Of a stretch of DNA of 7,184 bases, positions 1-5,716 are shown in pieces. The translations under genes were made by a program, and so were the position numbers. The DNA comes from a virus (taxonomy: Duplodnaviria > Heunggongvirae > Uroviricota > Caudoviricetes), in the IMG/VR virus record IMGVR_UViG_2617270940_000007, positions 1-7,184 of that record. One strand, given 5' to 3'. The notes under the pieces were generated by a model. That model ran no database searches, had not been told where the DNA came from, and worked only from the letters and a program-made list of their open reading frames with translations. Every line of letters starts with the position of its first letter. The stretch's first letter is position 1.

Positions 1-65
1 AACCAATATCACTTAAATAAGTGATAGTCTTAATACTAGTTTTTAGACTAGTCATTGGAGAGCAG

Positions 66-431
66 ATGATTGATGTCTTAGGACCGGAGAAACGCAGACG
101 GCGTACTACACAGGAAAAGATCGCTATTGTTCAGCAGAGTTTTGAACCGGGAATGACGGTCTCCCTTGTTGCCCGGCAACACGGTGTGGCAGCCAGCCAG
201 TTATTTCTCTGGCGCAAGCAATACCAGGAGGGAAGTCTTACTGCTGTGGCCGCAGGAGAGCAGGTCGTTCCTGCCTCTGAACTTGCTGCTGCCATGAAGC
301 AGATTAAAGAACTCCAGCGCCTGCTCGGCAAAAAAACGATGGAAAATGAACTCCTTAAAGAAGCCGTTGAATACGGGCGTGCAAAAAAGTGGATAGCGCA
401 CGCGCCCTTATTGCCCGGGGATGGGGAGTAA
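66..431 (+). CDS. insC: IS2 transposase OrfA (InsC), 121 aa, helix-turn-helix DNA-binding subunit
   Basis: ORF-track protein [40 protein letters not shown]... matches IS2 InsC as I recall it; chosen start is the ATG at 66 rather than the ORF-track upstream extension at 21. Confidence 0.9.
383..389 (+). other. Programmed -1 ribosomal frameshift motif A_AAA_AAG of IS2 (orfA to orfB)
   Basis: Heptamer aaaaaag at 383-389 in the insC frame (A-K-K-W) exactly where the insD frame opens; A6G slippery sites are the established mechanism in IS3-family elements. Confidence 0.75.
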
Positions 432-1294
432 GCTTAGTCAGCCGTTGTCTCCGGGTGTCGCGTGCGCAGTTGCACGTAATTCTCAGACGAACCGATGACT
501 GGAAAGATGGTCGCCGCAGCCGTCACTCAGATGATACGGATGTGCTTCTCCGTATACACCATGTTATCGGAGAGCTGCCCACGTATGGTTATCGTCGGGT
601 ATGGGCGCTGCTTCGCAGACAGGCCGAACTTGATGGTATGCCTGCGATCAATGCCAAACGTGTTTACCGGATCATGCGCCAGAATGCGCTGTTGCTTGAG
701 CGAAAACCCGCTGTACCGCCATCGAAACGGGCACATACTGGCAAAGTGGCCGTGAAAGAAAGCAATCAACGATGGTGCTCTGACGGGTTCGAGTTCCGCT
801 GTGATAACGGAGAAAAACTGCGAGTCACGTTCGCGCTGGACTGCTGTGACCGTGAGGCACTGCACTGGGCAGTCACTACGGGCGGCTTCGACAGTGAAAC
901 AGTACAGGACGTAATGCTGGGAGCGGTGGAACGCCGCTTCGGCAACGAGCTTCCGGCGTCTCCAGTAGAGTGGCTGACGGATAATGGTTCATGCTACCGG
1001 GCTAATGAAACACGGCAGTTTGCCCGGATGTTGGGGCTTGAACCGAAGAACACGGCGGTGCGGAGTCCGGAGAGTAACGGCATAGCAGAGAGCTTCGTGA
1101 AAACGATAAAGCGTGACTACATCAGTATCATGCCTAAACCAGACGGGTTAACGGCAGCAAAGAACCTTGCAGAGGCGTTCGAGCATTATAACGAATGGCA
1201 TCCGCATAGTGCACTGGGTTATCGCTCGCCACGGGAATATCTGCGGCAGCAGGCCAGTAATGGGTTAAGTGATAACAGGTGTCTGGAAATATAG
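389..1294 (+). CDS. insD: IS2 transposase OrfB (InsD), DDE catalytic domain; expressed as InsCD fusion by -1 frameshift
   Basis: 301-aa ORF in the -1 frame relative to insC, overlapping its 3' end; GTG start at 389 lies inside the slippery heptamer; stop TAG at 1292-1294 inside the right inverted repeat. Confidence 0.9.
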
Positions 1295-1305
1295 GGGCAA
1301 ATCCA
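1265..1305. repeat. IS2 right terminal inverted repeat (IRR)
   Basis: Terminal ~41 bp ending ...tggaaatataggggcaaatcca; the matching left repeat lies outside the window, so pairing cannot be verified here. Confidence 0.6.
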
Positions 1306-1679
1306 CCTACTGCCATTACCCACACTTTCATCATTTCACGTAAACGAAGAGAAAAGCGCACCTGCCATTACTCCATACACGGAGAAGAACAATCACCAAA
1401 ACGACGGGAACAACCCAGACGAAAACACAGAGAAGAACCACCTCAAGAAGAACGAAACCACATACGCCGGTAGAGAGTACAAACCACCCATTTCACCCAC
1501 AGGAATAGTCGCCGTATTGAGCGTTATCAGAGAGAAGGTTTATGCCCACATAAGAGAGAAAATTCGAGGGAGGTATAAGTGGGAAGGGGAAGAGGGGTAT
1601 CGCTACTTTTTCCGTATAAATTCAAGCCATAGTTTTCGTCCCCCGTAACGTCCCTATCCACCCCTTCGGTCAGCCTTCG

Positions 1680-1830
1680 GGCCATCCAGGGAAAAGGCCA
1701 TGTCCCTTTTCAGGAACGGGAGCGTCGCCGCAGGGAAAAGGCTGGAGGTTTTCAGGGAAACGGTGGGAATCCCGCTGTACGAACCGGGAAAAGGCTGGCT
1801 GCCGGTCGGGAAACGGGTACATCCCGGTAC
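1680..1830. repeat. GC-rich array of ~6 degenerate direct repeats (core GGGAAA(A/C)GG, ~22-bp period); iteron-like or protein-binding array
   Basis: Units cagggaaaaggc (~1687), caggaacggg (~1711), cagggaaaaggc (~1731), cagggaaacgg (~1753), ccgggaaaaggc (~1784), cgggaaacggg (~1807); no credible ORF across it. Confidence 0.5.
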
Positions 1831-2134
1831 AGAGTGAGGGACGACTGCGGGAGCGGTGCGGGAAATCTTCGGGAGTGCGCCTTACTCTTCACTCGCCTGA
1901 AAATCGCGGGGGAGTGTCATTCCCTCTCGTGCAGCTACTGGACTCCAGTCTGCCAGACCATCATCGGGTCTCAAGCGATTTCAGTAGGTTTTCGGGGAGA
2001 AGAAAATTCTGCCCACCAGCCCCGCGGCGCGCGTAGAGCAGAATATCGTAAATACTGGCTCCCGTGTCGTTCCCGGATATTCACTGCCCAGCCTGGCTTT
2101 CCCGACATAAAATCCTTTTTCGCCTTTGTCTTAT

Positions 2135-2170
2135 TGCGATAATAACACCAATAAGTAAACAACATATTTA
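2135..2170 (+). promoter_or_regulatory. Promoter module A: extended -10 (TGcGATAAT) followed by degenerate AAACAA-N-ATTTA operator-like element
   Basis: ttgcgataataacaccaataagtaaacaacatattta aligns with modules D (4651-4686) and E (5135-5170); lies ~30 bp upstream of RBS gagga and ATG 2202. Confidence 0.4.
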
Positions 2171-2201
2171 GACGTTATAGAAACGAAGTGAGGATGAAGA
2201 G

Positions 2202-2418
2202 ATGATTAAGATGCCTGTGACGGTTGAGGTGTGGGGCGTGGATTCCCTGGCTGAGTGTCTGGATGCAGTGGGGCCGGAGTTGTACCGCAAGTTGTGGTCG
2301 TTCGTCCCGCAGAAGGGGAATCGCCCAAAGGGAAGGATATCTGGCATCTGCTGAGTGAAGATGAAAAGCGGGAGCTGGTGGACGCGGTACACAGCGAGTT
2401 CCCGGAGGACGAAGATTA
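2202..2418 (+). pseudogene. Small ORF (~72 aa if repaired) split by an apparent frameshift near 2331-2336; hypothetical protein
   Basis: RBS gagga 8 nt before ATG 2202; frame 0 gives MIKMPVTVEVWGVDSLAECLDAVGPELYRKLWSFVPQKGNRPKG then stops at 2352-2354; the -1 frame continues KDIWHLLSEDEKRELVDAVHSEFPEDED to TAA ~2416-2418. Both halves look protein-like. Below the ORF-track length cutoff. Confidence 0.3.
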
Positions 2419-2510
2419 AGAGTGAGGTCACCAGCACGGTGGCTTTTGTCGCTATTAACCTCCGGGGCAGCGCAGCACCGTAACGATATACTCTGTGGCC
2501 GTTTTCTTAC

Positions 2511-2548
2511 TGGTATTGTTTACGCAATTCAGAAAACAACATGTTTAA
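2511..2548 (+). promoter_or_regulatory. Promoter module B: extended -10 (TGgTATTGT) plus AAACA-aca-TGTTT palindrome in the 5' UTR
   Basis: ctggtattgtttacgcaattcagaaaacaacatgtttaagga; near-identical in layout to module C (2992-3037); immediately precedes RBS aagga and ATG 2559. Confidence 0.5.
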
Positions 2549-2558
2549 GGATTGCTTT

Positions 2559-2888
2559 ATGTTTGCAAATATCGACATCAACCAAATCAAGAAAATGACT
2601 CAAAAAGAGTTTGACCAGTTTTATGAGTTAGAAGGTTGGTCTTCCACGCTGATCAATTCGCGCTGGGTGCTTGAGCTGATGACTCGTGATGATGCTCCTG
2701 CTTTGATTATTTGCGACATGGGTGAAGATGCTGACTTTATGGATATGAGCGAATTTTGTGTGGACACATACAACCGCAGCCAGAAGTACTACTTCACATG
2801 CGATAGCGAGAATGACGTGATTTCTAAGCTCTATCTTCACCTTGTCCAGCATTGGGACGTGCAGGAATTCCTTGAGTTATTCGCGTAA
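2559..2888 (+). CDS. Hypothetical small acidic protein, 109 aa (cassette gene 1)
   Basis: ORF-track 2541..2888; start moved to ATG 2559 because 2541 lies inside the operator palindrome and 2559 has an aagga RBS at suitable spacing; followed by a hairpin at 2898-2920. No recognisable family. Confidence 0.6.
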   Translation: MFANIDINQIKKMTQKEFDQFYELEGWSSTLINSRWVLELMTRDDAPALIICDMGEDADFMDMSEFCVDTYNRSQKYYFTCDSENDVISKLYLHLVQHWDVQEFLELFA

Positions 2889-2897
2889 GCCCAACCA

Positions 2898-2925
2898 AAG
2901 CCAGCACCGCCTGCTGGCTTAACTT
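2898..2925 (+). terminator. Hairpin (aagccagc-accgcct-gctggctt) with weak U-tract; putative terminator of gene 1
   Basis: 8-bp inverted repeat 10 nt after the stop codon; downstream tract ttaacttctc is only moderately T-rich. Confidence 0.4.
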
Positions 2926-2991
2926 CTCTGTAGCCGTAGGGAAGAACCACCTTTAGATAATTCATGTGCCTGAGCAATATGCTTTGTAGCC

Positions 2992-3037
2992 GTTTTTACA
3001 CTGGTATTATTTACGCCATTGAGAAAACAATTTGTTT
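2992..3037 (+). promoter_or_regulatory. Promoter module C: extended -10 (TGgTATTAT) plus AAACAA-t-TTGTTT palindrome in the 5' UTR
   Basis: gccgtttttacactggtattatttacgccattgagaaaacaatttgtttacgg; homologous to module B over ~50 bp; precedes RBS ggag and ATG 3049. Confidence 0.5.
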
Positions 3038-3048
3038 ACGGAGTAGTG

Positions 3049-3360
3049 ATGAATACTTCATTGGTGCTGGGTCTTGCTGAAGGCCAGGAGAGAAAAGAAA
3101 AACCAACCTTAATGGGGCATCTCACATTGCTGGATATCGTAGCGAATGGGACTTCTATCCGTCTGTTTCGTGAAAAAGCCATTACCTTCGACGCGGGCAA
3201 TTTTACGCGCTATGTGATGGTAGTTCGTCGCCGGCGTGGAAGAGGGTGGATGTCGGTCCAGAAAATGTGGCCAGAGGACCAGCTTGAACTGGCGCTGATG
3301 GAAGCTAACCGTGTCGCCCAACAAGAGATCCAACGAGCGTCTGTTCAGGCGGTAGCTTAA
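3049..3360 (+). CDS. Hypothetical protein, 103 aa (cassette gene 2)
   Basis: ORF-track 3019..3360 begins at a TTG inside the operator; ATG 3049 preceded by ggag is the likelier start; Rho-independent terminator follows. No recognisable family. Confidence 0.55.
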   Translation: MNTSLVLGLAEGQERKEKPTLMGHLTLLDIVANGTSIRLFREKAITFDAGNFTRYVMVVRRRRGRGWMSVQKMWPEDQLELALMEANRVAQQEIQRASVQAVA

Positions 3361-3394
3361 ACATGTGCAAGCAGTAGTTAGTCGAATGTACGAC

Positions 3395-3424
3395 AGCCCC
3401 GCCAATCCTTCGGGGCTTTTTTGT
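3395..3424 (+). terminator. Rho-independent terminator (agccccg - loop - cggggct + TTTTTT)
   Basis: GC-rich 7-bp stem with ccttcgg-type loop followed directly by a six-T run, 35 nt after the gene 2 stop. Confidence 0.7.
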
Positions 3425-3449
3425 ATTGTAAGTACTTACTTATGATAAT
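3421..3449 (+). promoter_or_regulatory. Sigma70-like promoter (TTGTAT - 17 bp - GATAAT) with a perfect 12-bp palindrome GTAAGTACTTAC in the spacer
   Basis: -35 TTGTAT at 3421-3426, -10 GATAAT at 3444-3449, spacer 17 bp; palindrome at 3428-3439 overlaps the spacer (operator-like); AT-rich leader then strong RBS aggag 6 nt before ATG 3482. Confidence 0.5.
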
Positions 3450-3481
3450 AAAATTAAAAATTAAACAATAAGGAGAGTGAA

Positions 3482-3877
3482 ATGACCGTTAAACGCGAAA
3501 ATCTGACCCTGGATATGTATTATGCATCAGAGACGGAAAATGGAGACAAAGTTGCAAAAATTACAATTGTGCTACGCGATAATGCCTCCGGCGAAGAAGT
3601 TCACACCAGTACCTTAACTCGCACCGGCGAGGCGACAAAGGGGAAATATTCGGTGCGTTACCAAAGCATCAGTAATGCTTCTGACCCTTTACTGATAAAA
3701 CTGGAAACTCATTTCCGTGGCGCGGATCAGACGTTGTTTGAAAATTTGATGAAAAAGGTCGATACGGTTTATACATCGAGTTTAAATACCAATAGTACCT
3801 GGATGGGACAACACGGTCTGCGAATAATCTCCGGCGAAAAGATCGACACCATTGTCCCTGAAAGCGTATTCGCTTAA
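3482..3877 (+). CDS. Hypothetical protein, 131 aa (cassette gene 3)
   Basis: Strong RBS aggag at 3471-3475, 6 nt before the ATG; own promoter and own terminator; no recognisable family. Confidence 0.65.
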   Translation: MTVKRENLTLDMYYASETENGDKVAKITIVLRDNASGEEVHTSTLTRTGEATKGKYSVRYQSISNASDPLLIKLETHFRGADQTLFENLMKKVDTVYTSSLNTNSTWMGQHGLRIISGEKIDTIVPESVFA

Positions 3878-3886
3878 TCCTCTTTG

Positions 3887-3916
3887 AATGGCGCGTAAAC
3901 CGCGCCATTTTCTTAT
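3887..3916 (+). terminator. Rho-independent terminator (aatggcgcg-taaac-cgcgccatt + T-rich tract)
   Basis: Perfect 9-bp inverted repeat 10 nt after the gene 3 stop, followed by ttttcttatg. Confidence 0.65.
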
Positions 3917-3921
3917 GTCCG

Positions 3922-3936
3922 ATAACAATTTGTTTT
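3922..3936 (+). promoter_or_regulatory. Operator-like palindrome AACAA-t-TTGTT (copy F of the conserved motif) upstream of gene 4
   Basis: gataacaatttgttttctg matches the core palindrome of modules B-E; the -10 context differs (GATAAC abuts the palindrome), so the promoter assignment is less certain. Confidence 0.35.
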
Positions 3937-3994
3937 CTGCCTTATCTGATTTGTGAAAATGATTTCACTGAAGCAACTTAATAAGGAAACCATC

Positions 3995-4369
3995 ATGGGA
4001 CTTGATATATATATCGAGACGCAGCCTAAAAACGATCTGAATAACGAGGCATCCAGAAAGCAGGTTGCTTACTTCCGTAAGTTCAATGCGCTCGTTGGGT
4101 GGATGGAGCGCAACGTAGGTGAAGTCGAAAATTGTGAGCTTTTAGAATTAACGATGAATGACATTTGTTTTCTGAAGGCTCATTTGATGCACATAAACGA
4201 AAGTAATTGCGAAGAGTACTTGCCTACCCAGGAAGGTTCTTTCTTCGGCAGTCAGGAGTACGATGAAGGTTACTGGCATGATGTGGGGGAGTTGAAAGAG
4301 ATTGTGGAAGATCTGATTAAGAACCACGACTTTCACAATAATAGACTGACCTTCTGCGCCTGGTGGTAA
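3995..4369 (+). CDS. Hypothetical acidic protein, 124 aa (cassette gene 4)
   Basis: ORF-track 3953..4369 starts at GTG with no RBS; ATG 3995 has aagga 7 nt upstream; stop TAA overlaps the start of the next small ORF (taaatATG). Confidence 0.55.
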   Translation: MGLDIYIETQPKNDLNNEASRKQVAYFRKFNALVGWMERNVGEVENCELLELTMNDICFLKAHLMHINESNCEEYLPTQEGSFFGSQEYDEGYWHDVGELKEIVEDLIKNHDFHNNRLTFCAWW

Positions 4370-4371
4370 AT

Positions 4372-4515
4372 ATGGGCGATTTCAAGAAACGCCTGAAGGA
4401 GAGAGCCGAGATGGTCAGAAAGCGAAACGCCTCTTCTGTCATAAGATACGCAAGGCAGTTTAGTCGCAACAACAAATCAGTTGAGGAAAAGATCCTTAGC
4501 GTAATCGGGCGATAA
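4372..4515 (+). CDS. Small basic ORF, 47 aa (or 34 aa from internal ATG 4411 with strong RBS aaggagag); possible coupled partner of gene 4
   Basis: MGDFKKRLKERAEMVRKRNASSVIRYARQFSRNNKSVEEKILSVIGR; start overlaps the upstream stop; internal ATG at 4411 has a strong SD at 7-nt spacing; Lys/Arg-rich; followed by hairpin 4521-4544. Below ORF-track cutoff. Confidence 0.3.
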   Translation: MGDFKKRLKERAEMVRKRNASSVIRYARQFSRNNKSVEEKILSVIGR

Positions 4516-4520
4516 TTATT

Positions 4521-4544
4521 AAGGCCACCAGCATTGGTGGTCTT
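4521..4544. repeat. Hairpin repeat copy 1 (aaggccacca-gcat-tggtggtctt) carrying a Chi octamer on the minus strand
   Basis: 10-bp arms with one G:T position, 4-nt loop; flanked by ttaaatgac; near-identical element at 4992-5015 with inverted loop; ccaccagc (complement of Chi GCTGGTGG) at 4525-4532. Confidence 0.6.
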
Positions 4545-4650
4545 AAATGACTTTTAATAACCGAAGGTTAGTTTGAAACCTGGCTATCAACTTCCAGAAC
4601 CTTTCTTGTGTATTCAGCCTGTATTAACTTCTTTTATGTCTTATCTACAC

Positions 4651-4686
4651 TGCGATAATTACACCAACAAGAAAACAATATGTTTA
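4651..4686 (+). promoter_or_regulatory. Promoter module D: extended -10 (TGcGATAAT) plus AAACA-ata-TGTTT palindrome in the 5' UTR
   Basis: tgcgataattacaccaacaagaaaacaatatgtttacgc; homologous to modules A and E; followed by RBS gagga (4693-4697) and ATG 4705. Confidence 0.5.
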
Positions 4687-4704
4687 CGCAGTGAGGATAT
4701 GCTC

Positions 4705-4986
4705 ATGACTGATTTCACCATTACCCCTAAAGCACAAAATGTATTCCTTGAATCATGGCTGGACTTGCCGGAAACAGAACAGCAAGAAATGGATCATGTG
4801 GAATATGACGAGCAGGTAAGCACGCGATTCTTCCACTTTGAGGGCTGCGTTTACGACATTGCCAACTTCATGCGAGATGACCGCTTCCCTGAATGGCACG
4901 CAAGCTATCCACTAAACGCCTTCGCCATGCTGATGATCCGTGTGGATGATTCAGGGGATACCATCGACATCGGTCTGCTCCACTAA
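4705..4986 (+). CDS. Hypothetical small acidic protein, 93 aa (cassette gene 5)
   Basis: ORF-track 4573..4986 would run through the promoter/operator; ATG 4705 lies 7 nt after gagga (ATG 4699 is too close to the SD). Protein MTDFTITPKAQNVFLESWLDLPETEQQEMDHVEYDEQ... is Asp/Glu-rich. No recognisable family. Confidence 0.6.
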   Translation: MTDFTITPKAQNVFLESWLDLPETEQQEMDHVEYDEQVSTRFFHFEGCVYDIANFMRDDRFPEWHASYPLNAFAMLMIRVDDSGDTIDIGLLH

Positions 4987-4991
4987 AGAGT

Positions 4992-5015
4992 AAGGCCACC
5001 AATGCTGGTGGCCTT
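4992..5015. repeat. Hairpin repeat copy 2 (aaggccacca-atgc-tggtggcctt) carrying a Chi octamer on the plus strand
   Basis: Perfect 10-bp arms; loop atgc is the reverse complement of the copy-1 loop gcat; GCTGGTGG at 5004-5011; followed by ttaaatgac as in copy 1. Confidence 0.6.
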
Positions 5016-5116
5016 AAATGACCATCCTGTTTTCTGCAGGCTAAAAACACCAACCTCTTACCTCCAGGCAACCGACAAACCCACCTGTTCCCGTCCGGCT
5101 ACCGCAACTTTCCACT

Positions 5117-5170
5117 TTGACGCCTTATTCGTACAACGATAATTAACACAAACAAGAAAACAATTTGTTA
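5117..5170 (+). promoter_or_regulatory. Promoter module E: TTGACG -35-like, cGATAAT -10, then AAACAA-t-TTGTTA palindrome in the 5' UTR
   Basis: ttgacgccttattcgtacaacgataattaacacaaacaagaaaacaatttgttatttacg; homologous to modules A and D; RBS aagga (5179-5183) 7 nt before ATG 5191. Confidence 0.5.
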
Positions 5171-5190
5171 TTTACGATAAGGAATTAATC

Positions 5191-5673
5191 ATGAATTTTA
5201 TCGCTACTGTAAACGCACCCGCACATGGCAATATCGCTGTAACGTTCTCTGACATTGAAAAACGAGTACTTGGTGCATGGCGCGACAATGAGACGGTAGA
5301 ACTGTCAGCACAAGAAAAATGCATTATTGCACGCGACATCATTGGCAATCGTCGTTACTCGCGGGTATTTGAGAAAGCATATGTGGTAAATTCTGGATTC
5401 GGAACGTTCGTCTTTCCGGTGCGCTCCGGGCGATTCTGCCAGTCCAAGCTGATTGAGTTCGCTACGCAGATTTCTGTCTGGATTAAAACTCAATCGTCGT
5501 TCAAATTTTCCGACGATGAAGCAGTATCGCAGGGGATGCGGATCGCCAACAATGCAATAAAATGCAAAAACATTACGTATGCCGCTGGCGTTGACACATG
5601 GAAACTGTTTTGCGCTAACTTTATGCTGAATGTATACGCAAGCAACCGCATCCACATCCTTGATGGCGTGTAA
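5191..5673 (+). CDS. Hypothetical protein, 160 aa (cassette gene 6)
   Basis: Good RBS, own promoter module, and a hairpin terminator immediately downstream; no recognisable family. Confidence 0.65.
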   Translation: MNFIATVNAPAHGNIAVTFSDIEKRVLGAWRDNETVELSAQEKCIIARDIIGNRRYSRVFEKAYVVNSGFGTFVFPVRSGRFCQSKLIEFATQISVWIKTQSSFKFSDDEAVSQGMRIANNAIKCKNITYAAGVDTWKLFCANFMLNVYASNRIHILDGV

Positions 5674-5676
5674 CTG

Positions 5677-5706
5677 AGAAGAGGGCCAGAAACGGCCCTT
5701 TCTCTA
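5677..5706 (+). terminator. Rho-independent terminator (agggcc-agaaac-ggccct + tttctct)
   Basis: GC-rich stem 4 nt after the stop codon, followed by a T-rich tract. Confidence 0.6.
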
Positions 5707-5716
5707 TAGCCACCAG

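Larger units (their letters stand above)
1..1305 (+). mobile_element. IS2 insertion sequence (IS3 family), left terminus truncated by window edge (~26 bp missing)
   Basis: Window opens inside the IS2 left end (aaccaatatcacttaaataagtgatagtc...); right end ...ggtgtctggaaatataggggcaaatcca terminates at ~1305; contains insC and insD in the -1 frame relationship typical of IS3-family elements. Sequence recognised from memory of IS2; not database-verified. Confidence 0.92.

Noticed and set aside
21-65. ORF-track upstream extension of insC (start at 21)
   Set aside because: Known IS2 InsC starts MIDVLGPEK...; the extension reads through the IS2 terminal region and is not part of the protein.
131-865. 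ORFs 131..331(-), 201..401(-), 495..755(+), 527..865(-) inside IS2
   Set aside because: Alternative-frame or antisense ORFs overlapping the well-defined insC/insD genes; no independent support.
1134-1473. ORFs 1134..1361(-) and 1279..1473(+) at the IS2 right end
   Set aside because: They span the IS2 terminal repeat and the T-depleted tract; the plus-strand product is a low-complexity Arg/Glu/Lys string with no RBS; likely artefacts of biased composition.
1834-2165. ORFs 1834..2142(+) and 1971..2165(-) in the GC-rich region
   Set aside because: Cys/Arg/Gly-rich translations typical of non-coding GC-rich DNA, no convincing RBS, and overlap with promoter module A.
2168-2437. Minus-strand ORF 2168..2437 (89 aa)
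   Set aside because: Antisense to the plus-strand small ORF that has a proper RBS and sits downstream of a conserved promoter module like all other cassettes; the minus-strand product is Ser/Thr/Leu-rich and low-complexity.
2628-4336. Antisense ORFs 2628..2852(-), 3109..3405(-), 3669..3908(-), 4148..4336(-)
   Set aside because: Each is fully embedded antisense within a better-supported plus-strand gene and lacks RBS or promoter signals.
2541-4704. Longer ORF-track starts for cassette genes (2541, 3019 TTG, 3953 GTG, 4573)
   Set aside because: These starts fall inside the promoter or operator elements and lack an SD; internal ATGs with aagga/ggag/gagga at 5-8 nt spacing were preferred. Uncertainty remains for 3953 versus 3995.
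4868-5071. Minus-strand ORF 4868..5071
   Set aside because: Runs across the hairpin repeat at 4992-5015 and antisense to the 3' end of gene 4705-4986; Arg/Leu-rich; no RBS.
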